Shown here: positions 38,144 through 47,566 of the stretch, piece by piece
Layout of the letters: every line of letters starts with the position of its first letter
How positions within the stretch are numbered: the stretch's first letter is position 1
Assembly (NCBI GenBank): GCA_021846685.1
Contig: JAJZWL010000001.1
Coordinates: 387-64,386, forward strand
Length of the DNA stretch: 64,000 nt
Source of the DNA: a bacterium
Lineage (GTDB): Bacteria; Patescibacteriota; Dojkabacteria; JAKAPS01; JAJZLI01
Direction: 5' to 3'
Notes under the pieces: model-generated
What the model was told of the DNA's origin: nothing
Database searches by the model: none
The model's input: only the letters and a program-made list of their open reading frames with translations
Translations under genes and position numbers: made by a program

Positions 38144-38572
38144 ACTTGATAAATCAATATATAAGAGCTCTTATGGAGAGTAATTTAGAAACCCCTAAGG
38201 TAATACCTCTGGAATTTATGTATTACGTTGTACTTGGGAGTTATTAATATATAGTACTGACAGAGGCCTATGAATGTCAATTGAGCGCTATATGATGAGC
38301 CTAAATTTTTACTCCATCAGAATTCAAAATCCTTTAGAATTTTCATTCTCTTTTAATTTTTTACAAAAATCTCTTATCTAACTCATGCAGTACTGTTATA
38401 GCCTTACTTCCATTATCTTTTACAGGGGATTACATATAAGTGTTATTAATAGAAGGTATTCTATATTCCATGATTAAATATTCTGTCTCACAATGAAGAA
38501 TTGCTCTGCTTATTGTTTGTTTGTATTGTTTTTATATTTTGCTACTATATGATATTAGTTTATTTATGATTT

Positions 38573-38803
38573 ATGGAGAAAATTAATAATAGTATAGGGA
38601 CATATACAAATATAAAAGCAAATGTTCCAAAATGGCAACTTTATATTTTATTAATATTGGGGTTTCTTATATTTTTTACATTTCTGGCTATTTTTTATGT
38701 AGTTTTGATTTACAATCCTCAAAAAGCTTTAATTAAAGAAAGAAAAATAAAAAGTGCTACTGTTAAAAAAATAAGCTCTGGTACAAATCTATATAAAAAA
38801 TGA
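38573..38803 (+). CDS. Small membrane protein.
   Basis: 76 aa with one strong TM helix (LYILLILGFLIFFTFLAIFYVVLIY). Confidence 0.35.
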   Translation: MEKINNSIGTYTNIKANVPKWQLYILLILGFLIFFTFLAIFYVVLIYNPQKALIKERKIKSATVKKISSGTNLYKK

Positions 38804-38863
38804 TTAGATTATTCTAATAATCAATAGCTATTATTTATTGTGGGATAATATGGTTGTGAATTT

Positions 38864-39079
38864 TTAACCTTTAGAAATGCTTTTTTCTAAAAATTTATTT
38901 ATTTTAATAGTTTGAGCTTTTGTAAGTTTTTTAACTGAATCTTTTTTAGCAACAACCTTTACTGCAAAATTATCATCTTGTCCTGTAATAATTTCTAAAT
39001 CATTTATAAACTTAACTTTCTCTTCGTCAGGGAGTAATTCGTCGAGGTTCAAGTGTTTTATATATTGAAAATTAATCAT
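38864..39079 (-). CDS. Small hypothetical protein.
   Basis: 71-aa ORF with no recognisable motif. Confidence 0.3.
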   Translation of the reverse strand: MINFQYIKHLNLDELLPDEEKVKFINDLEIITGQDDNFAVKVVAKKDSVKKLTKAQTIKINKFLEKSISKG

Positions 39080-39195
39080 TGTCTACATTGTATCAGGTAA
39101 TTTATAATATTCAATACTAGAAGATTAATATTAAAATAAAATGAGTAAAGAAATATTTTCTTGAAAATTGTAAATAGGTATTGTAATATAAAAGC

Positions 39196-39825
39196 ATGAA
39201 GATATATGATATTTCTTATGTTCTAAATAGTAAAACCCCAATATATCCTGGTAATCCTCATTTTTCTATAAAAAAAACTCAAAAACTCCCAGGGGATACT
39301 TCAAATGTATCTGAAATAACTTTTGGATCTCATTTTGCAACACATATAGATTCTCCTTATCACGTTCTTGAAAATGGAAAAAGTATAGATGAATTTCCTG
39401 CAGATAGATTTATGGGTATGTGTAATGTTTTAGACTTTACTTCAGTATTAACTGAGATTACTGAAAAAGATTTAAAGAAAAAGGATATGACCCAAAATAT
39501 AGTTCTTTTAAAAACTAGAAACTCAATAGTTGGTTTTAAGAGTTTTCATGAGGACTTCATATATATGTCAGATAGTGGAGCGAACTATCTGGTTGAAAAT
39601 AAGATAAAATTTGTGGGAACAGATGGCCCTTCTATAAAAAAGTTCAGACATCATCCTGATAAGGTGCACTCAGTTTTACTTGAAAATGACTGTTTAATAG
39701 GAGAGGGTTTAAATTTAAAGAATGTGCCAGAAGGAGAATATTTTTTTATAGGGCTTCCTTTAAAATTAGAAGGTTCGGATGCTTCTCCTTCTAGAATTAT
39801 TTTAGTAGAAAATTTATATGGATAA
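39196..39825 (+). CDS. Cyclase-family protein (kynurenine formamidase-like).
   Basis: GSHFATHIDSPYH fits the HxGTHxDxPxH motif of the putative cyclase family. Confidence 0.6.
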   Translation: MKIYDISYVLNSKTPIYPGNPHFSIKKTQKLPGDTSNVSEITFGSHFATHIDSPYHVLENGKSIDEFPADRFMGMCNVLDFTSVLTEITEKDLKKKDMTQNIVLLKTRNSIVGFKSFHEDFIYMSDSGANYLVENKIKFVGTDGPSIKKFRHHPDKVHSVLLENDCLIGEGLNLKNVPEGEYFFIGLPLKLEGSDASPSRIILVENLYG

Positions 39826-40738
39826 GAAAATAGCAATAATAGGATTAGGGAAAATGGGTCTTAATATAGGTTTGAACCTTAAAGAGAAGGGTATTGATGT
39901 ATTTGGATATACAGATACATCAGAAGGTTTGGATTATGCTAAGGATCAAGAATTTAAGGCATTCTCTACATTAGATGAAACTATATCTAATTTTCAAAAC
40001 AATACCAGAATTTTTTGGTTAATGGTTCCTTCTCAAGCAGTGGATGCTGTTTTGTTTTCAGAAAATGAAGGTTTAGCAAATAAGCTCAAGGAAGGGGATA
40101 TAATTATTGATGGAGGAAACTCTTATTATAAGCAATCAGTAGAGAGATATACTAAGTTAAAAGAAAAAGGTATTAATTTTATTGACTGTGGAACCTCGGG
40201 TGGAGTTGAGGGAGCTAGGAACGGAGCCTGTCTTATGATAGGAGGAGATAAAGATATTTTTGATAAAATTGAATGGGTTTTTGCTTCTGTTGCAGAAGAA
40301 AATGGATTTGGATATATAGGGCCTTCTGGCTCAGGACATTATGTAAAAATGATACATAATGCTATTGAATATGGAATGTTACAATCAATTGCAGAAGGAT
40401 TAAATTTAATTACAAATGGTAAATATGAGAATGTAGATATGAAATCGTTATTAGGGGTTTGGAATCACGGAAGTATAGTGGAGTCCTATCTAACGAAGAT
40501 ATTAGAAAAACAACTTGAAATATACCCCAATTTGGACGAAATTGCCCCTATTGTAGACGACAATGGAGAGGGTGCTTGGACTATAGTTGAGGCTATTGAA
40601 CAAAAAGTTCCATTAGCGAGTGTTTCGCTGGCCTTATTTGAAAGATATTCTTCTAAGGGGAATGATGATGATGCTAATAAATTTATATCATTAATGAGGA
40701 ATGGATTTGGCGGACATAAAATTACAAAAGAAAATTAA
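39818..40738 (+). CDS. gnd: 6-phosphogluconate dehydrogenase, decarboxylating, short (YqeC-like) form.
   Basis: IAIIGLGKMGLNIGLNL NAD(P)-binding N-terminus. The length and motifs fit the short-form 6PGDH family. Confidence 0.6.
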   Translation: MDKKIAIIGLGKMGLNIGLNLKEKGIDVFGYTDTSEGLDYAKDQEFKAFSTLDETISNFQNNTRIFWLMVPSQAVDAVLFSENEGLANKLKEGDIIIDGGNSYYKQSVERYTKLKEKGINFIDCGTSGGVEGARNGACLMIGGDKDIFDKIEWVFASVAEENGFGYIGPSGSGHYVKMIHNAIEYGMLQSIAEGLNLITNGKYENVDMKSLLGVWNHGSIVESYLTKILEKQLEIYPNLDEIAPIVDDNGEGAWTIVEAIEQKVPLASVSLALFERYSSKGNDDDANKFISLMRNGFGGHKITKEN

Positions 40739-40755
40739 TATTATTAAAAAAAATT

Positions 40756-41418
40756 ATGAAAATATTTATAGATAGTGCTCAAATAGAAGAAATAAAAGCT
40801 TTAGAAGATTTAGGTGTAATTTCTGGAATTACAACTAATCCTACTTTAGCTTCTGTAACTGGGAAGAAATTTAAAGATTTAGTATCTGAAATTTTCACAA
40901 CTTTATCTAAAGATAGAATAATAAATCTTGAAGTTATAGCAACTGATTATGACACAATACTTATACAGGGAAGAGCTCTTGCCGCTTTAGACGAAAGGGT
41001 TGTTGTTAAAATTCCTTGTATTCCGGAGGGATTAAAAGCTTGTAAAACTTTATCTGAAGAAGGAATAAGGGTTAATATAACTCTAGTATTTTCTCCAATG
41101 CAAGCACTATTGAGTGCTAATGCAGGGGCATATTTTGTATCTCCTTTTGTTGGAAGATTGGATGATATTGCTATGGATGGAATGGAGACTGTTTCTGAAA
41201 TAGTTAAGATATATAGGACTTATGATTATAAAACGCAAGTCTTATTTGCTTCTGTAAGGTCAGTAGAACATATAAGGTTGGCTGCACTTGCTGGTGTAGA
41301 TATAGTAACATCTCCTTATAAATTAATAATGGAGATGTATAAGCATCCTTTAACAGATACAGGTCTAACCCAATTTTTAGAAGATTGGAATAATGCCAAG
41401 GAGGAATTTATAGTATGA
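40756..41418 (+). CDS. tal: Transaldolase / fructose-6-phosphate aldolase family (short form).
   Basis: MKIFIDSAQIEEIK and GITTNPTL blocks. 220 aa. Confidence 0.8.
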   Translation: MKIFIDSAQIEEIKALEDLGVISGITTNPTLASVTGKKFKDLVSEIFTTLSKDRIINLEVIATDYDTILIQGRALAALDERVVVKIPCIPEGLKACKTLSEEGIRVNITLVFSPMQALLSANAGAYFVSPFVGRLDDIAMDGMETVSEIVKIYRTYDYKTQVLFASVRSVEHIRLAALAGVDIVTSPYKLIMEMYKHPLTDTGLTQFLEDWNNAKEEFIV

Positions 41419-41849
41419 AGATTTATATAGCTTCTGACCATAGAGGTTTTGAGTTAAAAACGAGTATTATAGAGTATTTAAAGACAAAAGAGATGTCAGT
41501 AGAGGATTTAGGGCCATTTAAATATGATTCAGAAGATGATTATCCACTTTTTGCTCATAAAACTGCAAATAAAGTATTAGAAACTAAGAACTCATTTGGA
41601 ATTCTTGTTTGTGATACTGGGTTGGGAATGGATATTACCGCAAATAGACATAAAGGGATAAGGGCTGCTTTATGCATAGATTCATTTTTTGCCTATAGAG
41701 CAAGATTGCACAATAATGCAAATATACTTGTACTTTCTGCGGAATATGATAAATTAGATTTCAAAGAAATAATAGTTACATTTTTCCATACAGAGCATTC
41801 CTTAGAGCCTAGACATAATAGACGTATAAAGGAGATAGATCAATTATGA
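41415..41849 (+). CDS. rpiB: Ribose-5-phosphate isomerase B.
   Basis: MKIYIASDHRGFELK N-terminus with the RpiB/LacAB fold. 144 aa. Confidence 0.8.
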   Translation: MKIYIASDHRGFELKTSIIEYLKTKEMSVEDLGPFKYDSEDDYPLFAHKTANKVLETKNSFGILVCDTGLGMDITANRHKGIRAALCIDSFFAYRARLHNNANILVLSAEYDKLDFKEIIVTFFHTEHSLEPRHNRRIKEIDQL

Positions 41850-42454
41850 TAATACCTGCTATATTAGAAAAAAATAAAGAATCCTTATTAAAAAGGATAA
41901 ACGAAGTAAAAGATTTTTCTCCTGTTGTTCATATTGATATTATGGATAAAACATTGACAAAGGATAACACTCTTTCAATTTCAGACATCCCCCTTGGACT
42001 TCCTGTACTTATAGAATTGCACTTGATGATCAATACTCCAAGTATATATTTAAATTATATGAGAAAATTATCTCCATATAAGATAATTGTTCATTCTGAA
42101 AGTGATATTTTTGAAAAAGAAGTAAGTATTTTAAGCAACTATTTTAATGTTTATGGAGGTGTAAATATAGGTTCTTCTTTAAAAGACGTAATTTCGTTAA
42201 AAGATGTACTTTCTGGGATTTTATTGATGTCTGTTGATATGGGGGCTTCTGGAGAAAGTTTTAATACAAAAGTTTTTGATAAAATAAAAGAAGCTGCTGT
42301 AGATTTTACAAATATTGAACTAGATGGTGGTATTAGTAAAGATAATATATCTAAATGCAGTATTCTCGGAGTAAATGATTTCGCAATTCATACAGCTCTA
42401 TATTCAAGTCAGAATATAGAGAAAGAGTATATAGAGTTGGGAGATATTATATAA
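41846..42454 (+). CDS. rpe: Ribulose-phosphate 3-epimerase-like TIM-barrel protein.
   Basis: MIIPAIL and HIDIMD blocks resemble Rpe (IAPSIL and HxDxMDG). The Gly of MDG is replaced. The pentose-phosphate context supports the call. Confidence 0.5.
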   Translation: MIIPAILEKNKESLLKRINEVKDFSPVVHIDIMDKTLTKDNTLSISDIPLGLPVLIELHLMINTPSIYLNYMRKLSPYKIIVHSESDIFEKEVSILSNYFNVYGGVNIGSSLKDVISLKDVLSGILLMSVDMGASGESFNTKVFDKIKEAAVDFTNIELDGGISKDNISKCSILGVNDFAIHTALYSSQNIEKEYIELGDII

Positions 42455-42503
42455 TTTTAATAAACTTCTCAAAGTTTAATTCATAGAATGCTTATATGAT
42501 GAT

Positions 42504-43898
42504 TTATTGCCAATACCTAGAGTCTTGTTCTATAAATGTATCTGTATTACTAGGCCCTTTAGATTCTTTTTGATAAATTAAAGGTTCTTTTTCTTTTATA
42601 TCATCTTCTATTTCATCAACTAATCTCCATGCGTTATCTATTTCATCAGATCGTGTGAAATTAATTTGATTTCCTAAAATACAGTCTATTAATAGTTTCT
42701 CATATTCACTTTTAAGTTCTCTGAAAAAATTAGAATAACGATAGACCATATCTATATCAGATAGCATATAGTCAGAGATAGAAGGGACTTTCCCTAAAAG
42801 TTTTAACTCAATTCCTAATTCTGGTTGAATTAAAAATTTTAATACATTTGGGTTGTTTTTTTCTTTAAATAAATTAGGTTCATTTTCTTTGAATACTACT
42901 GAAATCTCAGTTCTTTTTTCATTTAAATATTTCCCAGTTTGTATATATATCGGTGTATTTTCCCATCTTTTTGAATTGATATCTAATTTAACTGCAATAA
43001 AAGTCTCTCTTTTGGAGTTTTTATCTACATTATCTTCATCTCTATATCCGTCATATTGCCCCTTAAGGCTAGATTTGTAGATTAAAGTTTTTAATATATT
43101 ATTTTTTTCTTCTCTTATATATTCTTCTGTAAATTCCTTTGGTCTGTCCATAGTCAAGATGGAAAGCATTTGAAGTATATGATTTTGAAAAACATCTACT
43201 AAGGCTCCATTTGCATCATAGAAAGACCCTCTATCTTCTACTCCGATATCTTCTAGTACTTTAATTTGAATATTATCTATGTATTTACTACTCCAAATAT
43301 TTTCAAAAGAATTATTAGCAAATCTAAATGAGAATATATTTTGAATAGGTTCTTTCCCTAAATAATGGTCTATTCTAAATACCTGTTTTTCTTTAAATCC
43401 AGAGAGTATTGTTTTATTTAGTTCAATAGCACTTTCAAGGTTATTTCCAAAGGGTTTTTCTAAGACTATTCTAGTAAAGGTAGAATGTTCTTCACATGGA
43501 ATATTAAACTGTGCCTCAATTAATGCTTGTATTACATCTTTATATATTACAGGAGGAAGTGCGAGATAAAGTATTTTAGAAGAACAAGTTTTATCTAAAT
43601 TATTTTTTAATAGTTTCAACTCCTCTTTTTTTGTAAAATCACATTGAATATATTCAATTTTATTATAAAAAAGATCTCTTTTCTGAGAGGGGTTTATTGT
43701 ATCGTTAAATTTTGAACAAAATTCACTGTTTGATAAATCCTGCCTTCCTAATGCAATAATATTGAATTTTTCCTTAAAAGAAAAGTCATCATATAGATTA
43801 TATAATGCTGGAAATAATTTTTTATGAGCCAAATCTCCTGTAGCTCCTAGGATAATAAGATCAATACTTGTTTTTAAATTTTTATTGCATTTATTCAT
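42504..43898 (-). CDS. zwf: Glucose-6-phosphate 1-dehydrogenase.
   Basis: ILGATGDLAHKKL NADP-binding block and the RIDHYLGKE signature. The ORF-track start (43982) overlaps pgi by 92 nt, so the start at MNKCNKN is more likely. Confidence 0.85.
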   Translation of the reverse strand: MNKCNKNLKTSIDLIILGATGDLAHKKLFPALYNLYDDFSFKEKFNIIALGRQDLSNSEFCSKFNDTINPSQKRDLFYNKIEYIQCDFTKKEELKLLKNNLDKTCSSKILYLALPPVIYKDVIQALIEAQFNIPCEEHSTFTRIVLEKPFGNNLESAIELNKTILSGFKEKQVFRIDHYLGKEPIQNIFSFRFANNSFENIWSSKYIDNIQIKVLEDIGVEDRGSFYDANGALVDVFQNHILQMLSILTMDRPKEFTEEYIREEKNNILKTLIYKSSLKGQYDGYRDEDNVDKNSKRETFIAVKLDINSKRWENTPIYIQTGKYLNEKRTEISVVFKENEPNLFKEKNNPNVLKFLIQPELGIELKLLGKVPSISDYMLSDIDMVYRYSNFFRELKSEYEKLLIDCILGNQINFTRSDEIDNAWRLVDEIEDDIKEKEPLIYQKESKGPSNTDTFIEQDSRYWQ

Positions 43899-45198
43899 GT
43901 ATATATTTATTAAGATATTTTTTTTGTTTTTCAAATTCGGGTTTAGATAGTAGAGCATACATATATTCTTTCCCCTTTTCAACTCCAGGTTGATTAAATG
44001 TATCTATATTAAAAAGGTTTCCTAAATAGGAGACTGCCATTTCGAAAAAAAAGAATAATTCTCCCAAGCTCTTTTCATCAATACTATCTATAAAAATAGT
44101 CCCATTTGCCCTATTATTTTCAGTTAATGATATACTTGTGGCTAATCTTTCTTTTTTTATAATACTTTCAAAAGATACTTTATTTAAATAGGACACATTG
44201 GGAAGTTCTGTTTCTATTTTTATTTTACTATCAAAATGTTCTGGAATAATAAAGGTAATAGTTTTATCATTAGGGCCCTCATTGTATAGTTGTATTTGTG
44301 AATGTTGGTCAGTAGATCCCAAAGAGGCAATAGGTGTTATTCCTGCAAATATTTCTTTTCCTGTAATAGACATTTTTTTACCTAAACTCTCTGCCCATAA
44401 TTGTCTATACCAAAAGCCAAAACGTTCTAGTCTTTTTGAATAGGGCATTAGTACAGATATATTTTTTTGCAATTTTTCAAAAGAAAGATATTGTAATTCT
44501 GCAAAGACTAATGCCTCATTATATTCTGGATTTAGACTATTGGTTTTTTCATCTATTTCTATTGCTCCTTTAATAATATTATCTATATTAACGCCTATAA
44601 CATCTGCAGTTAATAATCCTATCACAGAGAGAACAGAGAACCTATCTCCTACATCTCCTACTCCTTCAATTACACTTATTTCATATTCACTTGCAATATC
44701 TCTAAGAGTACTTTTTTTCTCAGATGTAGTAATTGTTATGTGATTTTTAATATTTTCTTTCCCAAATTTATTTTCAAGAACGCCTTCTATATAGAGAAAA
44801 TTTGCAATAATCTCTATTGTTTCTCCTGACTTAGAAATTATATTAAATAAGGTTTTTTCCAAAGAAAGATTCTCAAAAAAATCTTTAAGCTCATCAGGGT
44901 CAGTGTTTGCTCCTATAAATAGAACATTTATTCCTTTATTGTTTGATTTAAGTGCATTTACTATAGTTCTTGATCCTAGATCAGAGCCACCAATCCCTAC
45001 TACTACATAATTTTCATATTTTTCTCTAATCTCTTTTCCTAAATTTTTAATCCAAGTGACATCACTGTAGATAAGGTTTCTAAAAGTTAAATCATCTTTA
45101 TTAAAGTTTTGAATTTTTAATTTAAATAAATCCTCCTTTTTGAAAATATTATTTTTTATTTGAGGAGATAGCATGTTTGAGTAATCGTACCTTAACAT
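43891..45198 (-). CDS. pgi: Glucose-6-phosphate isomerase.
   Basis: The GIGGSDLGSRTI phosphate-binding signature of PGI. The 435-aa length fits the short bacterial form. Confidence 0.75.
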   Translation of the reverse strand: MLRYDYSNMLSPQIKNNIFKKEDLFKLKIQNFNKDDLTFRNLIYSDVTWIKNLGKEIREKYENYVVVGIGGSDLGSRTIVNALKSNNKGINVLFIGANTDPDELKDFFENLSLEKTLFNIISKSGETIEIIANFLYIEGVLENKFGKENIKNHITITTSEKKSTLRDIASEYEISVIEGVGDVGDRFSVLSVIGLLTADVIGVNIDNIIKGAIEIDEKTNSLNPEYNEALVFAELQYLSFEKLQKNISVLMPYSKRLERFGFWYRQLWAESLGKKMSITGKEIFAGITPIASLGSTDQHSQIQLYNEGPNDKTITFIIPEHFDSKIKIETELPNVSYLNKVSFESIIKKERLATSISLTENNRANGTIFIDSIDEKSLGELFFFFEMAVSYLGNLFNIDTFNQPGVEKGKEYMYALLSKPEFEKQKKYLNKYIHE

Positions 45199-45310
45199 TA
45201 TTAAAAATAAACTAAACTAACTAAAATATTATAAAGAGTTATATTTTTTTTATCAAATATCTTTATTTATAAAATAAATTTGTAGTATAATAGAAAATCT
45301 TTATAAGGCA

Positions 45311-45937
45311 ATGGATTTTATGGAAAATATAAATAGAGGAGAAATTAGTCTTGAAGAGGCGGGTTTAAAAACTTTAAAAGAAAGATGGGGGGTATCTAGA
45401 AAGAAATTTCAGAATATCTTTTATTTTATAAATAGGAATAAGCTATTTTCAGAAGAATTTCCTAACTCTGGTTTAGTAGACAAACTTTTTCGACCTAGGA
45501 GTCCTATTTTTTTTTCTAGGTTTAGAGATGGCGATATTGAGGTTTGCAGTTCAACAGATATGAAATTCATAAGGGTAGAAAATGATAATGTTGATGCAAA
45601 TCATAAAGAAATTATCGAATTTCAATATCCTAGAAAGCTTCCTATTTTTCAAACAGAATTAGCTAGGTTACCTTTTAAAATTGTACCAGTAGATTTGTTC
45701 CAAAAAACTTTTTTCATAGGGATAACTCTTTGTGATAAAGATACTGGAGAAATTAAAGAAGATAAATTAATTGCTTATTCTAAGCATGTGGAAGGTTTTT
45801 ATAAGATGTCTAGTAATGCTGAGAATCCAAATGAATTAGAATTTCCTTTTTTCCTGGAAGGAAGAGATATAGCTCAGGCTTTGAATGCATTAGATACATT
45901 GGATAGTGTTTTTACTTATTTCAGGCCATCTTTATAA
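45311..45937 (+). CDS. Hypothetical protein.
   Basis: 208-aa ORF with no recognisable motif. Confidence 0.35.
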   Translation: MDFMENINRGEISLEEAGLKTLKERWGVSRKKFQNIFYFINRNKLFSEEFPNSGLVDKLFRPRSPIFFSRFRDGDIEVCSSTDMKFIRVENDNVDANHKEIIEFQYPRKLPIFQTELARLPFKIVPVDLFQKTFFIGITLCDKDTGEIKEDKLIAYSKHVEGFYKMSSNAENPNELEFPFFLEGRDIAQALNALDTLDSVFTYFRPSL

Positions 45938-45946
45938 TAAGTATTG

Positions 45947-46879
45947 TTATTTGATCTTCTTATTTTCAAATAATATATGTAAACGTCTATATCTGCCATG
46001 TTCATGTTTTTCTTGTATATACTTTTCAATTCCAGAAAGAGCTTTGGTAGCTATTTTTAGAATAATAATATCATCTGAATTAATTTCTGTTTTTGAATCA
46101 TCTATTATCCTTTCTAGTACAGGTATAGGATTTTCCCCTCTATTTTTTTTTGAAAATTTAATTAGTAATTTATTTGAAAATTTAAGTGCCAGAATGTTAT
46201 TTATAAGACCATTTGCTCCATAGTAACTGATAGCAATTCCTTGGGTATCTCTTTCATTCTCATTTTTTGCAGTAGCATTTTTTGCTGAAACCACACAATC
46301 TCTACTTAATAGCGTCATCCTTTTATTAAATTCTGTATCTTTAGGGATTTTCGTAAAAATGTTATCGAATGTAGAAGACAATTGGGCCATTCTTTGTATT
46401 TTCTCTGTCTTTTTTAATTCTATTGAGTCTTGTAATTGGCAAATGAGATCTATTCCTACGTCAAGAAAGGTATGTTCATCTTCTAATATTCTAGCTTTAT
46501 CATTATATCCCTCAGATTCATACGTTGAAGAGAGGTGTGTTTCTTTTTGAAGAGATATGTTTTGATCTTCGATTTCTCTGGTGATTTCTATAGGTTCAGA
46601 ATTCTTTTTTGTTATTACAATATGTGTTTTTGCATAACTCGGGTTTATGTATTCAAAGTCAACTTGTTGCACTATATTCCCCAAAGGGTCTCTTTTTTGC
46701 GTCGTTCTAACAGTATAATAGTTTTTTTTGTCAAATATTGTTCTAACAGTCTCTGTATCTTGGATAGATAAAAAAATATTTTGAAAGATAGAGTCAATTC
46801 TATCAAATTTTTCTTCTCTTGCCCGTTCTGTATATTCTAAGATTGTGGGAGGAATACCTTCAATATCCATAGACAGCAT
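45947..46879 (-). CDS. Hypothetical protein.
   Basis: 310-aa ORF, convergent with the preceding gene. Confidence 0.35.
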   Translation of the reverse strand: MLSMDIEGIPPTILEYTERAREEKFDRIDSIFQNIFLSIQDTETVRTIFDKKNYYTVRTTQKRDPLGNIVQQVDFEYINPSYAKTHIVITKKNSEPIEITREIEDQNISLQKETHLSSTYESEGYNDKARILEDEHTFLDVGIDLICQLQDSIELKKTEKIQRMAQLSSTFDNIFTKIPKDTEFNKRMTLLSRDCVVSAKNATAKNENERDTQGIAISYYGANGLINNILALKFSNKLLIKFSKKNRGENPIPVLERIIDDSKTEINSDDIIILKIATKALSGIEKYIQEKHEHGRYRRLHILFENKKIK

Positions 46880-46993
46880 AGTACTACATCTCTATAGGCT
46901 AGTCAATATATTCTATATAACTTTTATATTAAGATTAAGTATATTCTTGTTATGTGCTATAATATCCAACAATATGTCTATATAAATAGATTG

Positions 46994-47022
46994 TTGAAGA
47001 TCCTTGAAGTATAAGGTATAAT
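46994..47022 (+). promoter_or_regulatory. Putative rpmH promoter.
   Basis: TTGAAG (46994-46999), a 17-nt spacer, then a perfect TATAAT (47017-47022), 18 nt before the rpmH ATG. A second extended -10, TGCTATAAT, lies at 46955-46963. Confidence 0.35.
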
Positions 47023-47040
47023 CAAGTTTGTAAAAAAATT

Positions 47041-47223
47041 ATGAAGAGAACATATCAACCAAAAAAATTAAAAGCACTCAGGAAATTAGGATATCTTAAG
47101 AGAAGTGCATCTCATTCAGGCAGGAATGTTTTAAAACGAAGAAGACTGAAGGGTAGAGAAGTATTGACTATATCTGATATTTTCAGGAAGATAGGAAAAA
47201 AACCTAGAAATAAGATAAGATAG
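47041..47223 (+). CDS. rpmH: Ribosomal protein L34.
   Basis: [21 protein letters not shown] is the canonical L34 sequence. Confidence 0.9.
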   Translation: MKRTYQPKKLKALRKLGYLKRSASHSGRNVLKRRRLKGREVLTISDIFRKIGKKPRNKIR

Positions 47224-47227
47224 ATTT

Positions 47228-47566
47228 ATGTTACCTGCTGAAAACAGACTTAGAACTGGATACTTAAAAATTTATAAAGATAAAAAAAAGGTATCAAATA
47301 AATATTTTTTACTTTTTTATAAAGAAAATAATTTATCCTTTTCTCGTTTTGGTTTTGTGGTAAGAAAAAAGCTTGGGAAAGCTTTCTTTAGAAATAAGGT
47401 TAAAAGACGTTTTAGATTTGCAATTAGAACAGAAATTGATAAGATAAAACCTGGCTTTGATTTTATTTTTTTAATAAATCACAATTTTCAAGATTGGGAA
47501 AATGTATCATATCTTGAGATTAAGAAAAATATATTTGAAACTTTAAAAAGTATAGATAAAATATGA
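47228..47566 (+). CDS. rnpA: Ribonuclease P protein component.
   Basis: Basic 112-aa protein with the FGFVVRKK and KRRFR blocks. Located immediately after rpmH. Confidence 0.8.
   Translation: MLPAENRLRTGYLKIYKDKKKVSNKYFLLFYKENNLSFSRFGFVVRKKLGKAFFRNKVKRRFRFAIRTEIDKIKPGFDFIFLINHNFQDWENVSYLEIKKNIFETLKSIDKI

Noticed and set aside
45906-46223. 105-aa plus-strand ORF overlapping the 310-aa minus-strand gene.
   Set aside because: It is shorter and has hydrophobic low-complexity composition, while the opposite-strand ORF is three times longer. Treated as spurious, though neither gene has motif support.
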